Below are positions 26,469 to 27,733 of a stretch of DNA of 27,733 bases, piece after piece. The position numbers and the translations under genes were made by a program. The notes below the pieces were generated by a model that saw only the letters and a list, made by a program, of their open reading frames with translations, was not told the origin of the DNA and did no database searches. Numbering within the stretch: the first letter of the stretch is position 1; the number at the start of each line of letters is the position of its first letter. The stretch is from Candidatus Fervidifonticultor secundus (lineage in GTDB: Bacteria > Sysuimicrobiota > Sysuimicrobiia > Sysuimicrobiales > Humicultoraceae), in NCBI GenBank assembly GCA_031459385.1, contig JAVKIP010000029.1, forward strand, positions 1 through 27,733, given 5' to 3'.

Positions 26469-27733
26469 GTGGCCCAGGGACGGCTACTCCCCCGACTTGG
26501 AGCCACGTCGGGCGCGCCCGAGCCCGGCCCCGTCGCGGGACCGCTGATCGCCAGCGCGGCGACGGTCCTTGTCCGGTGGCTGCTGGTCGCCGGGGTGCTG
26601 CTCGTCCCTCTGGCGTTTGGTCCAGATGTGCACCTGGCCAAGCGGCTCATCGTGTGGGCTGTGGCCGTACCTGCGGGACTGCTCTGGTCTGTCCGCACGC
26701 TCGTGGCAGGGCGGGAGCCAGCCCTGGCGCCCGCTGTGGCGGCGCCCGTGCTGATCGTCGCTGGCGTCCTCGGACTGTCGACTGCCAGCGCCATCAGCGT
26801 TCCGGTCGCGATGTGGGGGTCGATCTATCGCCATGAGGGCCTGCTCGTCTGGCTCGCGTATCTCCTGGTGGCACTGCTGACCGCGCATGAGCTCCGATAC
26901 GACCGCTACCTCCAGCAGCGCTGGCTGACGGCCCTGATCGTGGGCGCCATGCTCAGTGCGGCGTACGCCCTGGTGCAGTACGCTGGCCACGATCCGATCT
27001 GGCGGTACCGCGCGCTGCTACGTCCGTTCGGGTTCCAGTCGCACGCGGTGTACCTGGCCATGTACCTCACCCTGGTCGCCCCGGTAGCCCTTGCGCTGTC
27101 CATGCGCCCGGGCCCTGTGCCGGCACGGCTCGTTGGCCTGGTGCCCGTCGTGCTCATCTACGTGGGGGTACTCGTCACCGGATCCCGGGTCGGCTGGGCC
27201 GGGTACTGGCTCGCCACGGGGCTCTGGAGCCTGGCCAGGTGGCCCGGGCTGTACCGGGCCGAGCGGCGGTGGCTCGCGGGTACCTGGGTGGCCCTGGCTG
27301 TGCTCACTATGGCGTACCTTGCGCCGGGCGGTCCGTTGACCCGGACGTTCGACGAGGCGACGCTCCAACGTGTCAGGGCTGCGGGCGCGCTCCGCGACCC
27401 CAACGACGTCAAGCCGCTCGGAACCCGGATGGTCTACACCTTTGCGCACGACGGCGGGATTCCTGTCCGCCTGATGATCTGGCGGGCGGCGATCCACGAC
27501 TGGGCCAGGAGGCCGTGGCTGGGAGGGGGGCTCGAGACGTTCCGTTACTACCCGAAGGGCTGGCGCCCGGGAGACGCGTTCTATGACCGCGCCCACAACC
27601 TCGCCCTCGACCTCGGCGTCTCGACGGGCGTGCTCGGCGTGCTGGGGTTGTCCTGGGCGGTTGCCGCTTTCATGGTTCCGACGGCCAGACAGGCGCTCCG
27701 GGGGCGCGATGCGGCTTGTACGGGTGCCCCGCG
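26469..27733 (+). CDS. O-antigen ligase / Wzy_C family membrane protein (runs off the window end; not in the ORF track)
   Basis: Manual translation from GTG 26469, after an in-frame TAG at 26445, stays open to the window end. Many TM helices with WGSIYRHEG, YALVQYAG.DP, VTGSRVGW, RLMIWRAA...RPWLGGGLETF, DRAHNLALD...TGVLG. Confidence 0.85.
   Translation, partial: MAQGRLLPRLGATSGAPEPGPVAGPLIASAATVLVRWLLVAGVLLVPLAFGPDVHLAKRLIVWAVAVPAGLLWSVRTLVAGREPALAPAVAAPVLIVAGVLGLSTASAISVPVAMWGSIYRHEGLLVWLAYLLVALLTAHELRYDRYLQQRWLTALIVGAMLSAAYALVQYAGHDPIWRYRALLRPFGFQSHAVYLAMYLTLVAPVALALSMRPGPVPARLVGLVPVVLIYVGVLVTGSRVGWAGYWLATGLWSLARWPGLYRAERRWLAGTWVALAVLTMAYLAPGGPLTRTFDEATLQRVRAAGALRDPNDVKPLGTRMVYTFAHDGGIPVRLMIWRAAIHDWARRPWLGGGLETFRYYPKGWRPGDAFYDRAHNLALDLGVSTGVLGVLGLSWAVAAFMVPTARQALRGRDAACTGAP

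Overview
Very GC-rich bacterial chromosomal segment (by eye about 70% or more; lineage not determinable with certainty), mostly housekeeping and metabolic genes. In order: ACT-domain protein, Hsp20, MFS-fused spermidine-synthase-like protein, pyk, M3 oligoendopeptidase, probable F420-dependent LLM oxidoreductase, AMIN-domain cell-wall amidase, rph-rdgB, membrane-anchored hypothetical, DUF885, tRNA-Pro(TGG), MNT-HEPN toxin-antitoxin-like pair, DUF488, M20 peptidase, DUF4352-like protein, moxR-DUF58-VWA-VWA, tRNA-Arg(TCT), amidase, HTH-LAGLIDADG protein, M19 dipeptidase, LuxR-type regulator and a truncated O-antigen-ligase-like gene. Three observations stand out. (1) A c-di-GMP-II riboswitch (25815-25894) overlaps an intrinsic terminator, predicting an ON switch for a receiver-less LuxR regulator and a Wzy_C/O-antigen ligase gene. 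(2) A free-standing HTH plus double-LAGLIDADG protein has Ser at both catalytic Asp positions and looks like a domesticated, WhiA-analogous DNA-binding protein on a probably leaderless mRNA. (3) A sigma-H(Spo0H)-like promoter motif AGGA-N17/18-GAA(C/T) recurs upstream of four genes. All family calls come from motif recognition by eye; no database searches were run.
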